A stretch of DNA of 64,000 bases from an uncultured Alistipes sp. (GTDB taxonomy: Bacteria > Bacteroidota > Bacteroidia > Bacteroidales > Rikenellaceae). Of the stretch, positions 9,433 through 18,443 are shown piece after piece. The stretch spans positions 954-64,953 of the forward strand of contig CAUHCL010000001.1 of NCBI GenBank assembly GCA_959604655.1, written 5' to 3'. Both the position numbers and the translations under genes were made by a program. The notes under the pieces were generated by a model that was not told the origin of the DNA, made no database searches, and saw nothing but the letters and a program-made list of their open reading frames with translations. Position 1 is the stretch's first letter. Every line of letters starts with the position of its first letter.

Positions 9433-12400
9433 ATGCAGGATTTCGTTCATCTTCACGTCCATTCGCAGTACTCCATTCTGGACGGCCAGGCGAGCATTCA
9501 GAAGCTCGTCGACAAGGCCATCGCCGACGGAATGAAGGGCATTGCCATTACCGATCACGGCAACATGTTCGGTATAAAGGAGTTCTGGAACTATGTGAAG
9601 AAGAAGAACGGCGCCCGACGCGACAAGGTGAAGGCCGCCGAAGCCAAGATAGCCGCCTTGCAGGCCGAGATGGATGCCGCAGGCGCGCCGACCGACGAGC
9701 AGACGGCCGAGATGGCCAAGCTCAGGGCCGAGTACGACGCTCTGCCGAAGGAGGATTTCAAGGCCATAATCGGCTGCGAAGTGTATGTCGCCCGCCGCGG
9801 GCTGGCGCTGAAGGAGGGCAAGCAGGACCAGAGCGGTTATCACCTGATTCTGCTGGCGAAGAACGCGAAGGGTTATCACAACCTTATAAAGATAGTGTCG
9901 AAGGCGTGGACCGAGGGCTTCTACATGCGTCCGCGTACCGACCACTACGAGTTGGAGAAGTATCACGAGGGCATAATATGCTGCTCGGCATGTTTGGGCG
10001 GCGAGATCCCGAAGAAGATCACCGAGGGCGATCTGGCGGCCGCCGAGGAAGCCATAGAGTGGCACAAGCGCGTGTTCGGCGAGGATTACTTTCTCGAACT
10101 CCAGTTGCACAAGGCCACCGTCGAGCGGGCCAACCACGAGGCTTACCCGTTGCAGCTGGAGGTGAACAAGCACCTGAAGGAGATGTCGAAGAAATTCGGC
10201 GTGAAACTGGTATGTACCAACGACGTGCATTTCGTGGACGAGGACAATGCCGAGGCGCACGACCGATTGATATGTCTCAGCACGGGCAAGGATCTGGACG
10301 ATCCCAAGCGCATGCTCTACTCGAAGCAGGAGTGGATGAAGACGCGGGCCGAGATGAACGCCCTGTTCGGCGACGTGCCCGAGGCGCTGGCCAATACGGT
10401 GGAGATATGCGACCGAGTGGAGTCGTACTCCATCGACCACGCCCCTATCATGCCCACGTTCGCCATACCCGAGGAGTTCGGCACCGAGGCCGAGTATCGC
10501 GAACGCTATACGGAGCAGGATCTGTTCAACGAATTTACGCGCGACGAGAACGGCAACGTGACGATGGGCGACGATGAAGCCGCTAAGAAGATCGACAAGC
10601 TGGGCGGCTACGACAAACTGTACCGTATAAAGCTGGAGGCCGACTATCTGGCCAAGCTGACGATGGACCGCGCCAAGGTGCGTTACGGCGATCCGCTGTC
10701 GCACGAGGTGGCCGAGCGACTGAAGTTCGAGCTTCACATAATGAAGACGATGGGTTTCCCGGGCTACTTCCTCATCGTACAGGACTTCATATGCGCGGCG
10801 CGCGAGCAGCTGGACGTGTCGGTGGGCCCGGGACGTGGGTCGGCGGCGGGTTCGGCCGTGGCATACTGTCTGGGAATCACGCAGATCGATCCCATAAAAT
10901 ACGACCTTCTGTTCGAGCGTTTCCTTAATCCCGACCGTATATCGCTGCCCGATATCGATATCGACTTCGATGACGACGGCCGCGGCCGCGTGCTCAACTG
11001 GGTGACGCAGAAGTACGGCAAGGAGAAGGTGGCGCACATCATCACCTACGGCACAATGGCTACCAAGATGGCGTTGAAGGATGTGGCCCGAGTGCAGAAG
11101 CTGCCGCTCAAGGAGTCGGACCGTCTGTGCAAGCTGGTGCCCGACCGCATCCCCGACAAGAAGATAAATCTGGCCAACGCCATAGATTACGTGCCCGAGC
11201 TGAAGGCGGCCGAGGATTCGGAGGATCCCGTATTGAGCGACACCATAAAGTATGCCCGCATGCTGGAGGGCAACGTGCGCAACACGGGCGTGCATGCCTG
11301 CGGAACCATCATCTGCCGCGACGACATAACCGACTGGGTGCCCGTGAGCACGGCCGACGACAAGGAGACGGGCGAGAAGATGCTCGTGACGCAGTACGAA
11401 GGTTCGGTGATCGAGGATACTGGCCTCATAAAGATGGACTTCCTCGGTCTGAAAACCTTGTCGATCATAAAGGATGCCGTGGCCAACGTGAAGCACACCA
11501 AAGGCGAGACGGTGGATATAGATTCGATAGATATAAACGATCCCGCGACATACAAGCTTTACAGCGAGGGACGGACCATCGGAACGTTCCAGTTCGAGTC
11601 GCCGGGCATGCAGAAGTATCTGCGCGAGCTGAAACCCTCCACGTTCGAGGACTTGATAGCCATGAACGCCCTCTACCGCCCGGGCCCGATGGATTACATC
11701 CCCGATTTCATCGACCGCAAGCACGGCCGCAAGCCCATCGTGTACGACATAGACCTGATGGAGAAGTATCTGAAAGATACCTACGGCATTACGGTCTACC
11801 AGGAGCAGGTCATGCTTCTCTCGCGCCTGCTGGCGGGATTCACCCGAGGCGAGTCGGACACGCTGCGTAAGGCGATGGGTAAGAAGCTCAAGGACAAGCT
11901 GGATCATCTGAAGCCCAAGTTCATCGAGGGCGGAAAGAAAAACGGGCACGACCCGCAGGTGCTGGAGAAGATATGGGCCGACTGGGAGAAGTTCGCTTCG
12001 TATGCCTTCAACAAGTCGCACGCCACGTGCTACTCGTGGGTGGCTTACCAGACGGCGTATCTGAAGGCCAACTACCCCTCGGAGTACATGGCGGCGGTGC
12101 TGAGCCGAAACCTCACCGACATAAAGAACATAACGGCCTACATGACCGAGTGCAAGCACATGGATATAAATGTGTTGGGACCCGATGTGAACGAGTCGGA
12201 GCAGAATTTCTCGTCGAACAAGGCGGGAGACATACGCTTCGGTATGGCGGCCATAAAGGGCGTAGGCGAGGCGGCCGTGAAGTCTATCATCGAAGAGCGC
12301 GAGGCCAACGGGCCGTTCAAGAATATCTACGATTTCGTGGAGCGCATAAATTTCAACGTGGTGAACCGCAAGTGCATGGAGAACATAGCCTACTCGGGCG

Positions 12401-13251
12401 GGTTCGACTCGATAATCGATTTCCACCGCAGCAAGTTCTTCGCCGTCGACGCCCGCGGAAGCAGCCCGCTTACCTTCATCGAGCAGCTGATGCGTTACGG
12501 CCAGCGCGTGCAGGCCGAGCGGCTCAATTCGCAGCAGAGCCTTTTCGGCGGCGGATCGGTGATCGATATCCAGCCCCCGACCACTCCCGCGGCCGAGGAC
12601 TGGAACCAGTTGCAGGTGCTCAACAAGGAGCGCGAGATGATCGGCCTCTACCTCTCGGCCCATCCGCTGGACGACTATTCGGTGATAATCAACCATATGT
12701 GCAAGGCTCACATGTCCGATCTGTCGGATCTGGAGCCGTTCAACGGTCAGGAGATAGGCGTGGCGGGCGTGGTCACTAACGTGCAGGAGATGACGACGAA
12801 AACGGGACGCCACTGGGGTAAGTTCACGATGGAGGATTACAACGGAACCCACGAATTTGCCCTGTTCGGCAAGGATTACGAGAACTTCCGCCCGTTCATG
12901 TATCCCAACTATTTCCTGTTCGTGAAGGGCAAGGTGCAGCCGCGTCCCTACGGCGACAATCCCGAACTGGAGTTCAAGGTGCTGTCGATGATGCAGCTCG
13001 CCGAGATGCGCGACACGATGATAAAGGAGATACACGTGAACATACCCATCGAGGAACTGACCGAGACGTTCATCACGGATTTCGCCGAGAATATACGTCG
13101 AAACAAGGGCAATACGATCCTGCGCACGACGGTGTGCGACCGAAGCGACGGCGTGAACCTGAACATGTATTCGAAACGCTACAAGGTGACGCTTACGCCG
13201 CAGCTGGTGGAGTATCTGGACGGCAACGAACTGAAATATACATTATCATAA
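9433..13251 (+). CDS. dnaE: DNA polymerase III alpha subunit
   Basis: HLHVHSQYS PHP domain, GPGRGSAAGS, PDIDIDF, YAFNKSH. Confidence 0.98.
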   Translation: MQDFVHLHVHSQYSILDGQASIQKLVDKAIADGMKGIAITDHGNMFGIKEFWNYVKKKNGARRDKVKAAEAKIAALQAEMDAAGAPTDEQTAEMAKLRAEYDALPKEDFKAIIGCEVYVARRGLALKEGKQDQSGYHLILLAKNAKGYHNLIKIVSKAWTEGFYMRPRTDHYELEKYHEGIICCSACLGGEIPKKITEGDLAAAEEAIEWHKRVFGEDYFLELQLHKATVERANHEAYPLQLEVNKHLKEMSKKFGVKLVCTNDVHFVDEDNAEAHDRLICLSTGKDLDDPKRMLYSKQEWMKTRAEMNALFGDVPEALANTVEICDRVESYSIDHAPIMPTFAIPEEFGTEAEYRERYTEQDLFNEFTRDENGNVTMGDDEAAKKIDKLGGYDKLYRIKLEADYLAKLTMDRAKVRYGDPLSHEVAERLKFELHIMKTMGFPGYFLIVQDFICAAREQLDVSVGPGRGSAAGSAVAYCLGITQIDPIKYDLLFERFLNPDRISLPDIDIDFDDDGRGRVLNWVTQKYGKEKVAHIITYGTMATKMALKDVARVQKLPLKESDRLCKLVPDRIPDKKINLANAIDYVPELKAAEDSEDPVLSDTIKYARMLEGNVRNTGVHACGTIICRDDITDWVPVSTADDKETGEKMLVTQYEGSVIEDTGLIKMDFLGLKTLSIIKDAVANVKHTKGETVDIDSIDINDPATYKLYSEGRTIGTFQFESPGMQKYLRELKPSTFEDLIAMNALYRPGPMDYIPDFIDRKHGRKPIVYDIDLMEKYLKDTYGITVYQEQVMLLSRLLAGFTRGESDTLRKAMGKKLKDKLDHLKPKFIEGGKKNGHDPQVLEKIWADWEKFASYAFNKSHATCYSWVAYQTAYLKANYPSEYMAAVLSRNLTDIKNITAYMTECKHMDINVLGPDVNESEQNFSSNKAGDIRFGMAAIKGVGEAAVKSIIEEREANGPFKNIYDFVERINFNVVNRKCMENIAYSGGFDSIIDFHRSKFFAVDARGSSPLTFIEQLMRYGQRVQAERLNSQQSLFGGGSVIDIQPPTTPAAEDWNQLQVLNKEREMIGLYLSAHPLDDYSVIINHMCKAHMSDLSDLEPFNGQEIGVAGVVTNVQEMTTKTGRHWGKFTMEDYNGTHEFALFGKDYENFRPFMYPNYFLFVKGKVQPRPYGDNPELEFKVLSMMQLAEMRDTMIKEIHVNIPIEELTETFITDFAENIRRNKGNTILRTTVCDRSDGVNLNMYSKRYKVTLTPQLVEYLDGNELKYTLS

Positions 13252-13271
13252 CCTAATAAATTGTTAAAATT

Positions 13272-13586
13272 ATGGCATTAGCAGTAACGAATGAGAATTA
13301 CGAGGCCCTCATGGCTTCGGACAAACCCGTAGTAATAGATTTCTGGGCAGAGTGGTGCGGTCCCTGCCGCATGATAGGCCCTATCATCGAGGAACTGGCC
13401 GCGGAGTATGAAGGCAAGGTGGTGATCGGCAAGTGCGACGTGGATTCGAACGACGACATCGTGGCGCAGTATCGCGTGCGCAACATCCCCACCGTGGTGT
13501 TCATCAAGGGCGGCGCCGTGGTCGACAAGATCGTGGGTGCAGCGAGCAAGGAGGCCTTGAAGGCCAAGGTGGATGCGCTGTTGTAG
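13272..13586 (+). CDS. trxA: Thioredoxin
   Basis: WCGPC motif, 104 aa. Confidence 0.97.
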   Translation: MALAVTNENYEALMASDKPVVIDFWAEWCGPCRMIGPIIEELAAEYEGKVVIGKCDVDSNDDIVAQYRVRNIPTVVFIKGGAVVDKIVGAASKEALKAKVDALL

Positions 13587-13597
13587 CCCGAAAGGTG

Positions 13598-13695
13598 CTG
13601 TTCGCCGACAGCGGAGGATTGCAAGAGCGTGAAGCGAATTGCAGTCCGCCGCGCGGGGTGGCGGCGAACTGCCGACATTGCGTAGCAATGTCGAA
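13598..13695 (+). repeat. Family A dispersed palindromic repeat
   Basis: ctgttcgccgacagcggagg...gcagtccgccgcgcggggtggcggcgaactgccgacattgc-gta-gcaatgtcgaa. Confidence 0.9.
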
Positions 13696-13708
13696 TATAC
13701 TGAAAAAG

Positions 13709-13743
13709 AACAAGGCTGTCATTTCGAGATGACAGCCTTGTTT
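13709..13743. terminator. Bidirectional intrinsic terminator between convergent trxA and htpG
   Basis: aacaaggctgtc..gacagccttgtt stem flanked by A and T runs. Confidence 0.75.
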
Positions 13744-13759
13744 CGTGTCGGGCACTACC

Positions 13760-15826
13760 CTATTTCTCGATAAGCGAGATGCTTCGCTGGATGAAGTCCG
13801 ACAGATTCTTGCCCTTGAGCATGCCGTTCGACAGCAGTGCGAGGTCGATTATCTGACGTACCAGCTTGTTGCCGCCGCCGATCTCGCGCAGACGCTCGTT
13901 GCGCTCGTCGCGGAGTGTTACGACCTTCTTCGAAAGTTCCTCGCGCATCTGCTTCTCTTCGGGCGTGAAGTCTGCCTCTTTCTTATCCTTCACGGTCTCC
14001 TCGAAACGCTTTTCCTCGGCCGCCGCGGCATCGATCTTCTTGGTTATGCTCTTTAGCTTGTCGCCGTACTCCTTTTCGACGTTGCCCAGAATGTCGATCA
14101 CGATGGGATGGTTGCCGTTCACCGCGATGGTGAAGTTGTCGGGCATCTGGCCGTAGAATTGGCTCATGCCGCCTCCGCTCACCTTGGCCATCTCCTTCAT
14201 GCGCCGCATGAACTCGTTCTGCGTGATGACCACGGGCGCCTCGTCGGCCGACATGGGCTCGAACGAGATGTTGTAGGTGATCTTCTCGTCTTTGGGCAGC
14301 TGGCTCTCGAACACGGGACGCATGATCTCTTGCTGCGCGTCGGTGAGCGACATGGCTATGTGGTCCTCTTTCTGGATGAGTTTCTCGATCACGTCGCTGT
14401 CGACACGCACGAAACGCGTGTTCAGATTCTTCGACTCGTACCAGTTGATGTAGTGGTTGTCGAGCGGGCCGTTCATCTCCAGCACGTCGTAGCCCTTGGC
14501 TTTGGCCGCCTCGAGGAACGGATGCTTCTCGACGGGATCGTCCACGTAGAGCAGGATGACGTTGCCGTTCTTGTCGGTCTGGTTCTCCTTCACGATGTCG
14601 ACATACTCCTTGGCAGTGAAGTATTTGTCGTCGGTGGATTTGAGCAGCATGAAATCCTGCGCCTTCTCGGCGAATTTCTCGTCGGTGAGGATGCCGTACT
14701 GGATGAAGACCTTCAGGTCGTCCCACTTCTTCTCGTAGTCGGGACGCATGGTGGTGAAGAGCTCCTTCAGGCGGTCGGCGACCTTGCGGGTTATGTATCC
14801 CGAGATCTTCTTGACGTTGGAGTCGCTTTGCAGGTAGCTGCGCGATACGTTGAGCGGAATATCGGGCGAGTCGATCACGCCGTGCAGCAGCGTGAGGTAT
14901 TCGGGGACGATGCCGTCGACCTGATCTGTCACGAACACCTGGTTGCTGTAAAGCTGTATCTTGTTCTTCTGGATCTCGAAATTGTTGTGTATCTTGGGGA
15001 AATAGAGTATTCCCGTCAGGTTGAACGGATAGTCGATGTTCATGTGGATGTAGAACAGCGGATCGTCGCCCAGCGGATAGAGCTCGTGGTAGAACTCCTT
15101 GTACTGTTCTTCGGTGATCTCCGTGGGCTTGCGGGTCCACAGGGGCTGCGTGTCGTTGACGAGGTTGTCCTTGTCGGTGTCGACGTATTTGCCATCTTTC
15201 CACTCCTTGACCTTGCCGAACGCTATGGCCACGGGAAGGAAACGGCAGTACTTCTTGAGAAGCTCGTCCACTTTCGATTCCTCGCAATACTCCTTGCAGT
15301 CGTCCGACAGATGCAGCACTATCGAGGTGCCGCGGTCGCACTCGCCGTCGGTTTCCTCCATAGCGTACTCGGGCGATCCGTCGCAGCTCCAGTGCACGCA
15401 CTTGCTGCCGTCGCGGTACGAGCGGGTGAAGATCTCCACCTTGTCGGCTACCATGAACGACGAGTAGAAACCCAGTCCGAAGTGGCCGATTATGGCCTGG
15501 TCCTTATATTTGGCGAGGAATTCCTCGGCTCCCGAGAATGCTATCTGGTTGATGTAACGGTCGATTTCCTCGGCATTCATTCCTATGCCTCGGTCGGTGA
15601 CGGTGAGGGTCTTCTTGTCGGTGTCGACGCTGACGCGGATAGTCATGTCGCCCAGCTCGCCCTTGAACTCGTTCTTGGCGGCGAGGGTCTTCAGCTTTTG
15701 GGATGCGTCGACCGCGTTGGATACCAGCTCGCGAAGGAATATCTCGTGATCCGAATACAAAAACTTCTTGATGACGGGGAATATGTTCTCCGTCGTCACG
15801 CCTATTTTTCCGTTTTTCATAACCAT
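13760..15826 (-). CDS. htpG: Chaperone HtpG (Hsp90)
   Basis: IFLRELVSNA, DRGIGM, IGHFGLGFYS, PLNVSRS; start could be 15820. Confidence 0.97.
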   Translation of the reverse strand: MVMKNGKIGVTTENIFPVIKKFLYSDHEIFLRELVSNAVDASQKLKTLAAKNEFKGELGDMTIRVSVDTDKKTLTVTDRGIGMNAEEIDRYINQIAFSGAEEFLAKYKDQAIIGHFGLGFYSSFMVADKVEIFTRSYRDGSKCVHWSCDGSPEYAMEETDGECDRGTSIVLHLSDDCKEYCEESKVDELLKKYCRFLPVAIAFGKVKEWKDGKYVDTDKDNLVNDTQPLWTRKPTEITEEQYKEFYHELYPLGDDPLFYIHMNIDYPFNLTGILYFPKIHNNFEIQKNKIQLYSNQVFVTDQVDGIVPEYLTLLHGVIDSPDIPLNVSRSYLQSDSNVKKISGYITRKVADRLKELFTTMRPDYEKKWDDLKVFIQYGILTDEKFAEKAQDFMLLKSTDDKYFTAKEYVDIVKENQTDKNGNVILLYVDDPVEKHPFLEAAKAKGYDVLEMNGPLDNHYINWYESKNLNTRFVRVDSDVIEKLIQKEDHIAMSLTDAQQEIMRPVFESQLPKDEKITYNISFEPMSADEAPVVITQNEFMRRMKEMAKVSGGGMSQFYGQMPDNFTIAVNGNHPIVIDILGNVEKEYGDKLKSITKKIDAAAAEEKRFEETVKDKKEADFTPEEKQMREELSKKVVTLRDERNERLREIGGGNKLVRQIIDLALLSNGMLKGKNLSDFIQRSISLIEK

Positions 15827-15941
15827 ATATTTTTTTGTATTTATTTTCTGAAATAACGGATGCTCAAACTGTGTGCCAGCGGCCCGCGCATGACATTATG
15901 TCATGCGGAGCGGTTGATTTGGCAGAAATTTGCGGATGATG

Positions 15942-16607
15942 TCAGTCTTCGGGCGTGTCGCGCAGCAGGAACAGTCGGGCGAAGATGCCCTGCGCGGCAT
16001 AGTACGTGGTCATGATCCACACCGTGGCATAGGGCAACCGCCCGCCGCCTATGCCGTATGCTATCAAGCCGTCGGAGATGACGAACAGCACGGCGGCCGC
16101 GGTATACCACGCCCCGCGGCGTCGCGACTGCACAACGGCCGCGAGCAGCATGCAGTATATTATGAAGGCGTATGCCGCCACCGCGATGCTTACGGGCCGC
16201 GAGTCGATGCCCCGCAGGATGAAGACGAGGTAGGCCGCAACAGCGAGCGCCGATGTCGCGGCGACAGCCATGCGGCCGAACGTGAGCCGTATGCGTCGGC
16301 TGAAATCGTATGCGAAGAAGATGTGGGCGACGGCGAAGAACCCTACCTGACCGAAAAAGAGGTTCATCGAGCCCATAAGATCGCCTACGGCCGATGCGGC
16401 CAGCGCCGCAGGTATCGCCATCCCGCCGCGGCGGACGGCCGTCATGGCAGCGAGAGCGATAAAAGCCGTGGGCAGGGCGACGACGAAACGGCGTGAGGCG
16501 TACGATTCGGAGTAGCGGACGGCGAAGAAGAGCGCGCAGAGCACCGCGTAGACCGCCATGACCGCTGCCGTGCGGAGCCGTTGCCGAGTCGGTGGGTTAT
16601 TGCGCAT
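15942..16607 (-). CDS. YhhN/lysoplasmalogenase family membrane protein
   Basis: SAVGD, FAVAHI, LFVISD, TYYAAQ motifs. Confidence 0.8.
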   Translation of the reverse strand: MRNNPPTRQRLRTAAVMAVYAVLCALFFAVRYSESYASRRFVVALPTAFIALAAMTAVRRGGMAIPAALAASAVGDLMGSMNLFFGQVGFFAVAHIFFAYDFSRRIRLTFGRMAVAATSALAVAAYLVFILRGIDSRPVSIAVAAYAFIIYCMLLAAVVQSRRRGAWYTAAAVLFVISDGLIAYGIGGGRLPYATVWIMTTYYAAQGIFARLFLLRDTPED

Positions 16608-17025
16608 TTTTCTCGGCGATATATCTCTCCAGAGCCTCCACGAACCATTCGGGGGCGCGGCACGGACGGCGGGTGTCCTTGTGCATGAACCCGAGAGTGA
16701 CGCTGCCCGTGTTTATGAGTCGTCCCTCGCCGTTGCGCACCTCGCTGCGGATGACCAGGCGTGCCGTCGGCATCTCGTCGAGGAATACGCTGACGGTCAG
16801 CACGTCGTCGTAGTATGCGGGCGCGAGGTAGCGCGACGACACCTCGATGATGGGCGACATGATGCCCCGCCGCTCTATCTCGGCGTATGTCAGTCCCATG
16901 TCGCGCAGCCATTCGGTGCGGGCCATCTCGTACATGACGATGTAGTTGGAATGGTGCATTATGCCCATCTGGTCGGTATCCTTGTAGCGGACGCGTATCT
17001 TGTGGTCGAAAGTTATGATAGCCAT
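16597..17025 (-). CDS. Acyl-CoA thioesterase (YbgC/FadM family)
   Basis: VRYKDTDQMGIMHHSNY hotdog-fold motif. Confidence 0.9.
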   Translation of the reverse strand: MAIITFDHKIRVRYKDTDQMGIMHHSNYIVMYEMARTEWLRDMGLTYAEIERRGIMSPIIEVSSRYLAPAYYDDVLTVSVFLDEMPTARLVIRSEVRNGEGRLINTGSVTLGFMHKDTRRPCRAPEWFVEALERYIAEKNAQ

Positions 17026-17026
17026 A

Positions 17027-17761
17027 TCACAGTTCGATTATGATTTTGCCTTTCGGGTTGTCGGGGCCGATACGCAACCCGTCGTCGGCGACGGTGAGGG
17101 TCGTGGTGCGGCCGTCGACGACGGCCGCGTAGTCGCCCGCCGCGGGCAGCTGCTTGTGCGGGTCGATACCCGACAGGGTGCCGTCGGAGGCGGCTTGGCA
17201 CATTATTATATAAGGGTGGCCCAGAAGCATGCGGGCCTTGTCCATCATGCCGCATGCGACTATGCGGCGTATTATGGTGGAGCTGACCTTGCTTTCGGCC
17301 ACCTGCTGCTGTTCGACCATCTCGATCCCGATGCCCGCGTTGCGTGATTCCAGAAAATTGAAGTCGCCCTCCTTGTTGTGGCCGAAACGGTGGTTGTAGC
17401 CCACCACCAGACGGCGTATGCCGATTCCCGCTATGTCGTTTTCGATGAAATCGCGCGGTGACGTGCGGCTGAACTCCTTGGTGAACGGCACCACGATCAC
17501 GTTGTCGATGCCCGCGCGTTCGAGCAGCCACAGCTTCTCGTCGAGCGTGCTGAGCAGGCGCAGCCCGTCGCCCGAGCCGAGCACGTAGCGCGGGTGCGGT
17601 TCGAAGGTGAGCACGATACTCTCGCCGTCGGACGCCGCGGCCGTCGACACGACCCGATGCAGCAGTTCGCCGTGGCCGCCGTGCACACCGTCGAACGACC
17701 CCATGGTCGCCACGGCGTTGCGGAACGGCGGAAGATTATTTAATCCTTTGAATACTCTCAT
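17027..17761 (-). CDS. ribF: FAD synthetase (FMN adenylyltransferase) with degenerate kinase domain
   Basis: GSFDGVHGGH, TFEPHP, VGYNHRFG, VSSTIIR; the C-terminal PTAN kinase motif is absent. Confidence 0.8.
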   Translation of the reverse strand: MRVFKGLNNLPPFRNAVATMGSFDGVHGGHGELLHRVVSTAAASDGESIVLTFEPHPRYVLGSGDGLRLLSTLDEKLWLLERAGIDNVIVVPFTKEFSRTSPRDFIENDIAGIGIRRLVVGYNHRFGHNKEGDFNFLESRNAGIGIEMVEQQQVAESKVSSTIIRRIVACGMMDKARMLLGHPYIIMCQAASDGTLSGIDPHKQLPAAGDYAAVVDGRTTTLTVADDGLRIGPDNPKGKIIIEL

Positions 17762-17788
17762 TTGCAAGCGTTGCGCCCGACGGCAGCC

Positions 17789-18442
17789 CTAATTTTTGTC
17801 GTTGCTCTCGTCGGACTCCTTGACGAAATAGGCGACCTTCTCCAGAATGGTGGTTATGTCGTAGTTCTCGGCCACGATGCCCTGCGGAAAGTTGAGAGGC
17901 GCCGAAGTGAAATTGAGCACCCCCTTGATTCCCGCGTTTATGATCGGCACCACCAGCGACGGCGCTATGCGCGTGGGCGACGAGATGACCACTATGCTGA
18001 TGTCCATCGACGACACGACTTCCTCGAACCGATCCATGTGGTAGCACGGTATGTCGTCGATCACCGAGCCGACCTTCTGCGGGTCGACGTCGAATGCCGT
18101 CACTATCCGCAGCTTGAGCCCCTTGCCGTTGAAATATTTGGTTATGGCCTGACCGAGGTTGCCCATGCCTATGACGGCGACGTTCATCACGTTGTCGCTG
18201 TCGAGGATGCCGTTTATGAACTCGATGAGCACCTTGACGTCGTATCCCTTTTTCGTGTCGCTCGAAAAGCCTATCAGCATCAGGTCGCGGCGCACCTGCA
18301 CGGCCGTTATGCCGTGCATGCCCGCCAGCACGTGCGAGAATATGTGAGTGATTCCCTGCTTGTGGCATGCCAGCAGCGTGCGGCGGTACTCGCTCAGGCG
18401 CTCGACGGTCTTTTCGGGTATGTTGTTGCCCACGGTCGACAT
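17789..18442 (-). CDS. rex: Redox-sensing transcriptional repressor Rex
   Basis: IPEKTVERLSEY, QVRRDL, GMGNLG, LNF motifs. Confidence 0.93.
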   Translation of the reverse strand: MSTVGNNIPEKTVERLSEYRRTLLACHKQGITHIFSHVLAGMHGITAVQVRRDLMLIGFSSDTKKGYDVKVLIEFINGILDSDNVMNVAVIGMGNLGQAITKYFNGKGLKLRIVTAFDVDPQKVGSVIDDIPCYHMDRFEEVVSSMDISIVVISSPTRIAPSLVVPIINAGIKGVLNFTSAPLNFPQGIVAENYDITTILEKVAYFVKESDESNDKN

Positions 18443-18443
18443 G

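Noticed and set aside
8047..13035. 1662-aa minus-strand ORF, plus other long antisense ORFs over htpG, the dipeptidase, rhaB, gyrB and mutS
   Set aside because: Shadow frames of high-GC3 genes. They have no recognisable motifs and fully overlap well-supported genes on the opposite strand.
13278..13755. Recurrent SPPRGxAANCR peptide in many small ORFs
   Set aside because: A translation artefact of the family A DNA repeat.
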